A stretch of 64,000 nt of DNA from Acidimicrobiia bacterium (lineage in GTDB: Bacteria; Actinomycetota; Acidimicrobiia; IMCC26256; JAENVU01), in the NCBI GenBank assembly GCA_031362155.1, contig JANLRZ010000180.1, positions 31,023 through 95,022 of the forward strand, written 5' to 3'. Of the stretch, positions 46,220 through 55,164 are shown piece after piece. Position numbers and translations under genes: made by a program. Within the stretch, counting starts at the first letter, position 1, and the number at the start of each line of letters is the position of its first letter. The notes beneath the pieces were generated by a model. That model was given only the letters and a program-made list of their open reading frames with translations. It made no database searches and was not told the origin of the DNA.

Positions 46220-46873
46220 TCACCAACCGATCTCGAGCGCGTGGCGGATCTGGGCGACGGTGTATCCCGGGTACGAGCGGTAGGCGAAGAGCTGCACGTT
46301 GGTAGGCGGATCCGTTCGCTGGCACTCGTCGATGAGCAGGACCAACCGTCGACTCATCTTGACGATGTCGCGGTCGTCGGCGGGACCGAGCGCCAATGCA
46401 CTCGCCGGGTAGTCGAGCTGGAGGGCATCGCGGGTCCGCACCCACTCGATGAAATCGTCGGGGTACTGCTCGACCGGCAGCGGAGGCGCGTCATTGATGA
46501 AGGGGAGCAACGCGTCGAATGCCGAACCCACGTTGTAGATGAAGTCGCGGATGTAGTTGGCGAAGTCACCGTCGTAGAAGCTGAACATGCACAGGTTGTC
46601 ACCGACGATGGTGAACCGCGCGAAGTGCACGATCTGGGTGTTGTCGAGCCCGGCGATGACCTCTTGGACGGCGCCGGCCAGGGCCTGGATCAATTTCGCC
46701 CGACCGAACGGAGAGCCGTCGGCGAGGGGCATGACCAGGTTCATCGGGATCTGGATGTTGTCCGACGGATTCGTCGAGAACACGCGGACCGGGATCTGCG
46801 GCGGGTCACGCCGACGCCAGATCGCGGTCAGCGCCCTGATCAGCAGTCGTTCGCCCAGTCCTGGGGTGGTCAT
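46220..46873 (-). CDS. Hypothetical protein of the HFARF...SFYDG type, co-transcribed with DyP
   Basis: IVHFARFTIV..LCMFSFYDGDFANYIRDF..FDALL; 3-nt gap to the DyP start; RBS ggag. Confidence 0.7.
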   Translation of the reverse strand: MTTPGLGERLLIRALTAIWRRRDPPQIPVRVFSTNPSDNIQIPMNLVMPLADGSPFGRAKLIQALAGAVQEVIAGLDNTQIVHFARFTIVGDNLCMFSFYDGDFANYIRDFIYNVGSAFDALLPFINDAPPLPVEQYPDDFIEWVRTRDALQLDYPASALALGPADDRDIVKMSRRLVLLIDECQRTDPPTNVQLFAYRSYPGYTVAQIRHALEIGW

Positions 46874-46960
46874 GGTGGCTCCTCAAGCTCCGCCCTGCAC
46901 CGGCTCGGACGACGGACGGTAGCCCGCGCGCGCGGGACGCGGAATTCGGTACGGTGGGCC

Positions 46961-48190
46961 ATGAACGTGATCTCGCCCGAGCTGGTCGGCGCCCTCATCG
47001 ACGCGATGGGTCCGTCGTTCCCCGAGCACGTTGCCGGAACCCGTCCGATCCACGCCAAGGGCATCGGCGTCGGGGGCAACTTCGTGGCGAGCTCGGTGGC
47101 GTCGAAGTACTGCGTGGCAAAGCAGTTCGACGGCCGCGTGGTCCCGGTGACCGTGCGGTTCTCGAACGGCAACGGTCAACTGGATCCGGACTTCCGGCTC
47201 CAGGTGCGGGGCATGGCCGTGAAGTTCTTCGCGGGCGGCACCCGGGAGACCGGGAGAGCCGGCGCTCGCGCCGAGCGCTCCTATGTCGGGATGCACTACG
47301 ACGACGGTCCGATCGTGGCCCGACCGGGCGAGGAGATCGCCGAGACCGACCTCGTCTGCATGTCGGCGCCGGTGTTCATGGCCCAGAGCGCCGAACGTCT
47401 CCTCGAGTTCGAGCAGAGCTACCGCGCCGTCAAGGTTCGCCGCGCCGGTCTGATGAAGCGCATCAAGTCGCTCCTCACGATGAGTCCGCTGCTCCCGCTG
47501 GAGTCCGGGGTCACGATGTCGGGCAACGAGGGATTTCTGCAGTGGGCCCGGACCTACCCGCCGGCCCAGGCATTCCTGCTTGCCAACGCTGGGCAGCGGC
47601 TCCCGGCGAGTTACGCGCGGGTCGTGTACGACGCGGTCCACGCATTCGAGGCGCAGGGATCGACGGGTACCCGTCGGATGGTGCGGTTCACGCTCGAACC
47701 GTCCGACGGCGTCTTCACCACCGGTGGACCCGACCCGGCCCAAACGCCGATCGCCTCGTTTCTCCGTCCGGCCGACCTCAACGCTCACGGGTCGGAGCTG
47801 GGCGCCGACTACCTCCAGCGCGAGCTGCGAGAGCGCCTCTCGTACGCGCCGGGCCGATTCAACGTGCGCATGCAGATCGCCGACCCGTCCGACGACACGG
47901 CGGACCCGACGGTGGCGTGGCCGATCAACCGGCGCCGGGTCCTGATGGGCACGCTGACCTTGACCCACGTGCTCGCAGATCAGGTCACAGGCTGTGAACT
48001 CCTGAGCTTCAACCCCGGGCGTCTCCTGCCGGGGATGGCGATCTCGGACGATCCGGTCCTCGCGGACCGGTCCGCGGTGTACGAGGAGTCGTATCGGCGT
48101 CGCGCCGCGGCGCGGGCGGGGGGCTCGATCACCCCGTCGTCGTCGTCTCCGAAAGCGTCCTCGTCGGGTTGCCCGATGGGGTTGTCCTAG
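46961..48190 (+). CDS. Small catalase-fold heme protein (catalase-related, hydroperoxide-lyase/AOS/SrpA-like)
   Basis: RPIHAKG distal His, VRFSNG, RGMAVKF, F.PGRLLPGM..SDDPVLADRSAVYEES (proximal RxxxY); 409 aa. Confidence 0.85.
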   Translation: MNVISPELVGALIDAMGPSFPEHVAGTRPIHAKGIGVGGNFVASSVASKYCVAKQFDGRVVPVTVRFSNGNGQLDPDFRLQVRGMAVKFFAGGTRETGRAGARAERSYVGMHYDDGPIVARPGEEIAETDLVCMSAPVFMAQSAERLLEFEQSYRAVKVRRAGLMKRIKSLLTMSPLLPLESGVTMSGNEGFLQWARTYPPAQAFLLANAGQRLPASYARVVYDAVHAFEAQGSTGTRRMVRFTLEPSDGVFTTGGPDPAQTPIASFLRPADLNAHGSELGADYLQRELRERLSYAPGRFNVRMQIADPSDDTADPTVAWPINRRRVLMGTLTLTHVLADQVTGCELLSFNPGRLLPGMAISDDPVLADRSAVYEESYRRRAAARAGGSITPSSSSPKASSSGCPMGLS

Positions 48191-50878
48191 CTATTCGTGG
48201 TCCGACACCGCGCTCGTGAGGTCACGACGAGCCCGCGCGATCTCACTGCGGACGTATTCCATCGCCTGATCGAACTCCATCGCCATTCCCGCGGCGACGT
48301 TGGCGTCGAACTCCGCATCGCCGAGTTTGGCCCGTAGGTCGTCGAGCACCTTCGGGAGGCGAACGGTCATGCTGATGCCCTGGCGGGTGCTCATGCCGTA
48401 GATCTGCGCCGCGATTTCGGGCTGGTCGAGCCCGTCGAACAACACCGTACCGAGGGCGAGCGTCGTGACGACGCTGCCGTGATTGCCGGCTCGGTGGTAC
48501 CGGGTCAACGCGGTGTCGAGGAGTTCGAGCGCCCGTTCCGGATGGCCGAGGACTCCTTCGAGCCCGGCGATCTCGCGGATGAAGTTGACCTCGAAGAATG
48601 CGAGGCGCTGTTGGCGGGCGTATTCGAGCGCGTCACGCATGATGACCATCGCCCGTACCGGGTCCGAGTCGGCGTAGGCGCGTCCGTGGCCGACTTCGGC
48701 GAACGCGATCCAGTAGGGATTACCGAGTTCGTGCGCCGCCGCGATCGCTGCGACGGCGAGGGCCTGGGCTTCGTCGGATCGATCGATGCCGGGCAACACC
48801 GCGAGGGGCAGGACGAGACCGACGACGCGAGTGAGTCCGGGCCGACGAGCGGCTTCGTCACAGATCTCGAACATCGTGTCGAGCCGTCCGGCGTACCGGC
48901 ACGCGAACGCCAGCCAGGCGTTGCTCCATCCGATTTCGAACGTCTCGTACTGCGGGTCCGCTTCGAGGGCCAGTGCCCGTTCGGCATACTCGATGGCTAC
49001 CTCGGGTCGGCCCGTGAGCGCACACACACAGGCCGCGGTGTACAGCCGAGGGAGCTGCACCACGTTGGCCGCAGTGGCCGCGGGAAGGATGTCTTCGACC
49101 CAGCCGAACGACTCGAAGCGCTGGAGGGCCATGGTCAGCATCGTGGTGTGGGCGGCGATGGTGACCGCCGTATCCAGTTCGTCGTGGGACGCCGCCCACC
49201 GGAACGCGATACGGAGATTGGCGAACTCGCGCTCGACCCAGTCGAGCGCGTCCCGCTGATTGGGACTGTTCCAGTGCGACCAGCGGATCTCGGCGTGTTC
49301 GGCGAAGTGCCGCGCGTGGACCCGACGCACGTCGTTCCGGGTCCCGGTCTCCTCGAGTTGTCCGTCGCCGTACTGGCGGATCGTCTCGAGCAGGGCGAAG
49401 CGCATCCGCCCGGCAGACTGATCGGTGGTGATCAGCGACTTGCGGACGAGCGAGTCGAGGAGATCGAGCACCGTGAACTCGTCGATCCCCGCCGAGGCGG
49501 CGATGGCGGTGGCGGCCTCGAGGTCGAACCCGTCGGCGAAGACCGAACACCGGTCGAGCATCAGTCGTTCGTCGTCGGTCAGCAGGTCGTAGGACCACGA
49601 CACCGCCTTGCGGAGCGTCTGGTGGTGTTCGAGATCGTGACGTGACCCGGACAACAGCCGGAACCGATCCGAGAGGCGGTCGCGAACATCGGCCGGGCTC
49701 ATCGAGGTCATGCGGGCGGCCGCCAGTTCGATGGCCAGCGCGAGACCGTCGAGGCGCCGGCAGATCTCGACGACTGCGGCCGCGTCGGTGGGGTCGTCAT
49801 CGGCGAAGGCCGGGTTGACCGACCGGGCTCGTTGGCGGAACAACTCGACCGCCGCCGACGTGGATCCCGCCGTGACGTCGAGGGTCGGGACGGGCCAGAC
49901 GTGCTCGGCGCCGAGGCGAAGACTCTCGCGGCTGGTGGCGAGGACCTGCACCACCTGGGTGGTTCGGAGCAACGCATCGACGAGATCGGCCGCGGCGGCG
50001 TGGACGTGCTCGCAGTTGTCGAGCACGATCAGGAGTCGGCGACCCGTCACGGCCTGGGCGATGCACTCGGTGACGGTGTGTCCCGCCATTGGCGTGACCC
50101 CGAGCACGGCGGCGACGGCATCGGGAAGTGATTCGGAGGCGCCGATCGGCGCGAGCGCCACCACCCAGACCCCGTCGGTGAACTCGTGGGCCAACTCGGC
50201 AGCGGCCTGGAGGGCCAGGCGAGTCTTGCCCACGCCGCCCGTCCCGGTGAGAGTGACGAGCCGGTGTTGGCGCACGAGCGTGCCGACTTCATCGAGCTGG
50301 TCCTCGCGACCGATGAAGCTCGTGGTCTGGGTCGGTAGGTTCCCGAGGGTGGCGCTGAGGGTGCGCGGCGGCGGGAAGCTCGATCTGAGCCCATCGGCGT
50401 GGACCTGGAAGAGGCGGGTCGCGTCACCGAGATCGCGGAGGCGATGTTCACCGCAGTCGACAAGTTGGATGGTCTTGAGGTTCTCGACGACGCTCGCCGT
50501 GGAGTTGTGCACGAGGATCTGGCCGCCGTGCGCGGCGTCCATCACCCGAGCCGCTCGGCTCAGGGTGAGTCCGAAATAGTCGCGGTCCCGTTGCTCGGCT
50601 TCCCCCGTGGCAATCCCCATCCGTACGGGGAGATCCAATGCGTGTTGGGCCTCGATCGCGGCATCGATGGCCGCCTGGCCCGAGTCGAATGCCGCACAGA
50701 CGCCGTCGCCGGTGTGCTTGAACAGGTCGCCGCCGTGGGCCGCGACTGCGCTTCGCAGCACGGCGTCGTGGGCGTCGAGTGCGGCACTCATCGTGTCGTG
50801 GTCGTCCCGCCAGCGCCGGGTCGAACCCTCGATGTCGGTCAGCAGGAAGGTGACGAGCCGTTGCGGACGTTCGGCCAC
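48191..50878 (-). CDS. Class III cyclase domain + STAND (NB-ARC-like) ATPase + TPR-like helical repeats
   Basis: FLLTDIEGST, KHTGDG, RAARVMDAAHGGQ, GTGGVGKTRL Walker A, LIVLDNCEH Walker B, RLDGLALAIELAAAR; start chosen. Confidence 0.88.
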   Translation of the reverse strand: MAERPQRLVTFLLTDIEGSTRRWRDDHDTMSAALDAHDAVLRSAVAAHGGDLFKHTGDGVCAAFDSGQAAIDAAIEAQHALDLPVRMGIATGEAEQRDRDYFGLTLSRAARVMDAAHGGQILVHNSTASVVENLKTIQLVDCGEHRLRDLGDATRLFQVHADGLRSSFPPPRTLSATLGNLPTQTTSFIGREDQLDEVGTLVRQHRLVTLTGTGGVGKTRLALQAAAELAHEFTDGVWVVALAPIGASESLPDAVAAVLGVTPMAGHTVTECIAQAVTGRRLLIVLDNCEHVHAAAADLVDALLRTTQVVQVLATSRESLRLGAEHVWPVPTLDVTAGSTSAAVELFRQRARSVNPAFADDDPTDAAAVVEICRRLDGLALAIELAAARMTSMSPADVRDRLSDRFRLLSGSRHDLEHHQTLRKAVSWSYDLLTDDERLMLDRCSVFADGFDLEAATAIAASAGIDEFTVLDLLDSLVRKSLITTDQSAGRMRFALLETIRQYGDGQLEETGTRNDVRRVHARHFAEHAEIRWSHWNSPNQRDALDWVEREFANLRIAFRWAASHDELDTAVTIAAHTTMLTMALQRFESFGWVEDILPAATAANVVQLPRLYTAACVCALTGRPEVAIEYAERALALEADPQYETFEIGWSNAWLAFACRYAGRLDTMFEICDEAARRPGLTRVVGLVLPLAVLPGIDRSDEAQALAVAAIAAAHELGNPYWIAFAEVGHGRAYADSDPVRAMVIMRDALEYARQQRLAFFEVNFIREIAGLEGVLGHPERALELLDTALTRYHRAGNHGSVVTTLALGTVLFDGLDQPEIAAQIYGMSTRQGISMTVRLPKVLDDLRAKLGDAEFDANVAAGMAMEFDQAMEYVRSEIARARRDLTSAVSDHE

Positions 50879-51082
50879 CTCCCCAGGATGCCATACCCGC
50901 TGGATGTACTTGCCAGTTCGACGACATCTGGCGGAGAGGGTCATGAGAGGTGCAGGTCGAGCCGGCGCCCGAGTACCGTCCAGCGGGGCAGTCGGGTGGG
51001 TGCAACTCGCCAGCCTGGCGCGGGAGGGCAACCGGGTGCTGGAGGCGACGATGACGTGCCAATCCGAGAGGTGGCCGTCGTG

Positions 51083-54000
51083 ATGATCCGACGGATCCCC
51101 GTGCTCCTGCGTGGGCTCACTCCGGTGTTCGCGCTCCTGCTCCTGGGTACGTCGCTGATCATGGGCCAACAGACCGACGTGATCGCGGCCATGCATCCCG
51201 AGGGGTGTCCGGCCGGAACGCCGGTCGAGTTCCAGTGGTCGCCGACGGGGACGCGCAACGAGCAGGAGTTCGTCGGCGTGGTCGAAGCGTGGAACTCCCA
51301 CCGCCTCCGGCGGGTGCCGGCGGGAACCGGTGGTGTCGCCGCCGCCAACTCCTGCAAGGTGGCCCTCAAGGACTCGGATGAGGTCGACCTGACCGGGCGG
51401 GTCAAGTCGCCGCACAGCATCGCCCGGCAATGGATGTGGACCGACATCCTCGGGTTCACGGCGCTCTACGGACTCTTGCTCGTCGGGCTCCTCCTCAACG
51501 AGCGGGTGCGCGCGCAGACCGCGGCCGCGCCCGACGAGCGCGCGCGCCCGCTGGGCCGCAATCTCGCGCGCACCGAACGGGAGCTCAACCGGTGGTTGCG
51601 GCACGGGTGGTGGTTCGCGGCGGTCGGGATCGCCGTGGCGATGGACTGGGCGGAGAACGCCGCGCTGCTCGGCCAGTTCCGCCGAGCCTGGGATCACGTG
51701 GTCCAGTTCGGAACGGTGTCGGCCGACCAGGTGGACCTCGGCTGGGTCCACGCGTTCGGGGTAGTGAAGTGGTTGGCGCTCGCGGCGCCGGTGGCGTTGC
51801 TGGTAGTGGCCTATGTGATCCGGGCCGTGCAGCGATTGGTCACGCTCCGAACCGTGATTCGCAAGCAGCTCCCGCTCCTCGCGGTCGCGATGGTGTTCGG
51901 GGTGATCCTCCTCGTGCCACCCCAAGGCCTCGACGCCGTCCGCGGGTTGTCGCTCACGCGTCTCTTCGGGACGCTCGCGGTGGTGCTCGTCCTCGGCCAG
52001 GTCCTGACCCTCGCCGGCGCGACCGCGTTGCGGAAGCAGCATCTGGAGGGGCAGGAAGCCCCGGTTCGTTCGACCGCCGAGTCACGGCGCCGCCGGCTGG
52101 CACCTTCGGTCGCGCTCCTGGCCGTGGCGTTGGCCCTGGCCGTCGTCGGCTCCCTGCTCGGATGGAAGGGTCTCCTGGTTCCAGCGGTGCTCCTGGGCGC
52201 GCTCGCGCTCGTGTCGGCGTTCATCGACTTTCGTGAGCCGTCCGGCGCCACCCCGCCGGAGCGCACGTTCGGTGACGCCACGATCGACGACTTCGATCTG
52301 CGGGTCTCGGTGTCGAGCGTGGCCGGGGCCTTGGTCGTGGTCGGGTTCGGCGCCGCGCTCGTCGAGACGGCGGCGTTGGATTTCGCATACTTCAGTTCGG
52401 CCGACGGCGTCGCGGCGCGGATGGGGATCGGTCTGGCCATCCTCGGTATGGCGCCGGCCGTGCGTGGATGGTTCCGACGGGTCGCGTGCTGGCTCGAGGC
52501 TCGATCCGACGCGCAGAAGACGCTCGTCGCAGTCCTCCTCACACTCCTGGCTCTACCGGGATTGATCTTCCACGACCCGGATCTCAACCTTCGTTTCGCA
52601 CCACTATTCGGCGCGGTGGTGGTGCTCGCCATGTTCCTCGGCGGGATGGCGCTCTTGCTCGTGTGGGCCGATCGCCTGGCCTTCTTCCTGGCTCGCAACG
52701 AGCAACGGCGAATGGTGTTCCTCCCCACGATCCTTCGGGAGTTCGGCGTCTCACGGCCGCCCGTCGTCAGCTTCGTGGTCGTGTGGGCTGTGGTGGCCGG
52801 CATCGGATTTCGCGGGACCGGTCACGACGTACGGGTCGTCACCGGATCGAAGGTTGCCGAGCAGTCGCTCGACTCGATCGTGGGCGCGTGGATCGATCGC
52901 CACCCGGGTCTGGCGACCGCGAACCCGCCGAACGCGGCCGCACCGGCGTTGCTGGTGAGTAGTTCCGGCGGCGGGATCCGCGCCGCGTACTGGACTGCCG
53001 CCGTGCTCGATTGCGTGACCGAGGGACGGACCGTCGGTTCCAACCCGTGCGCGCGCGAGACCGACCCCGCCACCGTTGCGCGTCGGCGAGGCGCGCTCCT
53101 CGCGATGTCGGGCGTGAGCGGTGGCAGTTTGGGTATCGCGGAGTACGTGAGCGAGACCGTGCCGGTCGGCATGGGCGAACGACATCCCGTCGCGGCGACG
53201 CACTGGTACGACGAGAAGCTCGGCGTGGATTTCCTTTCGTCGACCCTGGCCGCCTACTTGTTCAACGACGGTCTGAACTCACTGATCCACCCGGACCACC
53301 CAGTCGATCGGGCGGCGATCACCGAACGGTCCTGGGAGAAGCCGTGGTCCGATGGGCGCCTGGGCCGTCACTACCTCTCGGACCAGGCCACCCACACCCA
53401 GCCGCTCCTATTGCTGAGCGGCTACAGCGTCGAGGACGGCTGTCGGTTCTCGGCGTCGATCCTCGCCGCCAACGCGGGGCGGACCGCACAACAGTGCGGG
53501 AAGGCCGCGACCGGCCGTGACGGCGAGTTGCTGGCGAGCACCGACCTGCCCGACGTGCTGTGTGAAGGGACCGATGTTCGGTGGTCGACCGCGGCCCTGC
53601 TCTCGGCGCGGTTCCCTTGGATCAGCCCGACCGGCTCGATCGGTAGGGGTGCCTGCGGCGACCCCGCCGCGCACACGCAGGTGGCCGACGGCGGGTATCA
53701 CGAAGCGTCGGCTGCGAGTGCGATCAACGAACTGATGCCGCGGGTGCACGAGATCATCGACGAGCAGCAACAGGGCTGCGTCGTTCCCCTCTTCCTGCAG
53801 ATCGACAATGGGTATTCCGGACCGTCGTCGACGGCGGATTCTGCGGTCGGCCAGATCACTGCTCCGATCACGGGGATTCTGAAGTCGACCACCGGTTGGG
53901 AAGCGGCGGCACGGGCCGACTCGCGGCGGCTCTTCGGCGGTGCGTTCGGGAACCATCCGCGCGCAACGGTGAACGGCTCTCCGGTCGAGCGGTGGTTCCA

Positions 54001-54190
54001 CATCGAGACCCGAGCGCATCCGGGCGCGGAAGCTCCGCTCGGTTGGGTGCTCTCCAAGACCGCGACCGCGGATCTCAAAGACCAGCTCAAGGTGAACCGC
54101 GCCGAAATCGAGCGGTTGCGGAACGTTCTGGACGCAGAGACCGACCTCGAGTGCGCAGCCCCGCTCGTCGACCCGTCGACCCCGGGCTGA
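51083..54190 (+). CDS. Large polytopic membrane protein with C-terminal patatin-like lipase domain
   Basis: Many TM helices, then SGGGIRAA (52967), GVSGGS (Ser 53117) and ADGGY (Asp 53687); start within 51071-51083. Confidence 0.82.
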   Translation: MIRRIPVLLRGLTPVFALLLLGTSLIMGQQTDVIAAMHPEGCPAGTPVEFQWSPTGTRNEQEFVGVVEAWNSHRLRRVPAGTGGVAAANSCKVALKDSDEVDLTGRVKSPHSIARQWMWTDILGFTALYGLLLVGLLLNERVRAQTAAAPDERARPLGRNLARTERELNRWLRHGWWFAAVGIAVAMDWAENAALLGQFRRAWDHVVQFGTVSADQVDLGWVHAFGVVKWLALAAPVALLVVAYVIRAVQRLVTLRTVIRKQLPLLAVAMVFGVILLVPPQGLDAVRGLSLTRLFGTLAVVLVLGQVLTLAGATALRKQHLEGQEAPVRSTAESRRRRLAPSVALLAVALALAVVGSLLGWKGLLVPAVLLGALALVSAFIDFREPSGATPPERTFGDATIDDFDLRVSVSSVAGALVVVGFGAALVETAALDFAYFSSADGVAARMGIGLAILGMAPAVRGWFRRVACWLEARSDAQKTLVAVLLTLLALPGLIFHDPDLNLRFAPLFGAVVVLAMFLGGMALLLVWADRLAFFLARNEQRRMVFLPTILREFGVSRPPVVSFVVVWAVVAGIGFRGTGHDVRVVTGSKVAEQSLDSIVGAWIDRHPGLATANPPNAAAPALLVSSSGGGIRAAYWTAAVLDCVTEGRTVGSNPCARETDPATVARRRGALLAMSGVSGGSLGIAEYVSETVPVGMGERHPVAATHWYDEKLGVDFLSSTLAAYLFNDGLNSLIHPDHPVDRAAITERSWEKPWSDGRLGRHYLSDQATHTQPLLLLSGYSVEDGCRFSASILAANAGRTAQQCGKAATGRDGELLASTDLPDVLCEGTDVRWSTAALLSARFPWISPTGSIGRGACGDPAAHTQVADGGYHEASAASAINELMPRVHEIIDEQQQGCVVPLFLQIDNGYSGPSSTADSAVGQITAPITGILKSTTGWEAAARADSRRLFGGAFGNHPRATVNGSPVERWFHIETRAHPGAEAPLGWVLSKTATADLKDQLKVNRAEIERLRNVLDAETDLECAAPLVDPSTPG

Positions 54191-54267
54191 TCTCAGGGCT
54201 TCCGGCCCTGGTTGCGGCGCGGTGATATTTCTACCGTTGGGGCCAACCGACAGATGAGGGAGCCTCC

Positions 54268-54777
54268 ATGACTCAGACCCAGGAATCGTCGACGAAGACG
54301 CGGTTACCGCCGCGCTGGTTCATGAAGGGGTTCTGGCTCACGCACCGTTGGGTGTACCGGGTGACGCGGGGTCGGTTCGGCCTCTGGCGCCCCGGGCGAC
54401 GCTTGGGGTGGGGCGCGATGTGTGTCCACGCCGTCGGTCGCCGGTCGGGCGTGCCGCGAAATGTGATGGTCGGCTATTTCGAGGATGGGCCCAACGCGGT
54501 CGCGCTCGCGACGAACGGTTGGCAAGACGGCGAGCCCGCGTGGTGGCTCAACGTGCAGGCCCACCCCGACATCGCCGTCGATCTGCCCGACGGATCGAGG
54601 CAGGTCACGGTCCACGCCGCGCGGGGCGAGGAGCGCGATCGGCTGTGGGCCCGGTGGTGTGAGATCGACAAGAACCTCGATGCCTACGCCGCTCGACGCT
54701 CGGCCCCCACCGCCGTCGCGGTCTTCGCGCCGCGCGGTACACCTGCCGGAGACGGCGGGCCCATGGGTCCGAACTGA
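54268..54777 (+). CDS. Deazaflavin (F420)-dependent nitroreductase family protein (DDN-like)
   Basis: HRWVYRVTRGR, GRRSGVPR, ATNGW...PAWWLNVQAHP. Confidence 0.85.
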   Translation: MTQTQESSTKTRLPPRWFMKGFWLTHRWVYRVTRGRFGLWRPGRRLGWGAMCVHAVGRRSGVPRNVMVGYFEDGPNAVALATNGWQDGEPAWWLNVQAHPDIAVDLPDGSRQVTVHAARGEERDRLWARWCEIDKNLDAYAARRSAPTAVAVFAPRGTPAGDGGPMGPN

Positions 54778-54853
54778 GTGTTCGCGAGCCGAGTCCATGT
54801 CGTGACCGGCAACCGCGGCACACTGGGGGAGTGACCCAGATGAGTGTCGCCGC

Positions 54854-55147
54854 GTGAGCGCTCGACCGCTGAGTGTCGACTGGTGGTTCCGAGATCGGAC
54901 CACAGGCAGGATCGTGGTCGCGCAGTTTCCGAATCTTCCGCTGTGGATCTTTGCGGCGAGCGCGGTGGTCGGCTGGTTCGTATCCGAGAACTCCGGTGAG
55001 GGTGAGTTCGTGGCCGGGATCGGCACCGCGGCGTTGGCGTGGTGGGCGCTCGATGAGCTGATCCGGGGTGTGAACCCGTGGCGCCGCGTGGTCGGCGTCG
55101 GTGGCCTTGCACTCGTCGTCACCCGGGTCGTGAGCGCGATCGGCTGA
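54854..55147 (+). CDS. Small hypothetical membrane protein
   Basis: WWFRDRTTGRIVVAQFPNLPLW, WWALDELIRGVNPWRR; hydrophobic. Confidence 0.7.
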   Translation: MSARPLSVDWWFRDRTTGRIVVAQFPNLPLWIFAASAVVGWFVSENSGEGEFVAGIGTAALAWWALDELIRGVNPWRRVVGVGGLALVVTRVVSAIG

Positions 55148-55164
55148 CCTGGCCGCGGCTCGCG

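Noticed and set aside
45188-46960. Apparent 1000-aa catalase ORF (45188-48190) suggesting a fusion
   Set aside because: The first ~590 codons are antisense to the DyP and HFARF genes; the catalase fold starts at ATG 46961.
42935-51070. Shared GGA(C/A)GGTA word in the three divergent intergenic regions of the oxylipin cluster
   Set aside because: It is short, GC-rich and resembles generic extended -10 sequence; it cannot be distinguished from chance without orthologous promoters.
48191-52042. 1283-aa and 1263-aa ORF calls for the STAND and patatin genes overlapping each other
   Set aside because: The N-terminal extensions are antisense read-through of the partner gene; plausible starts are 50878 and about 51083.
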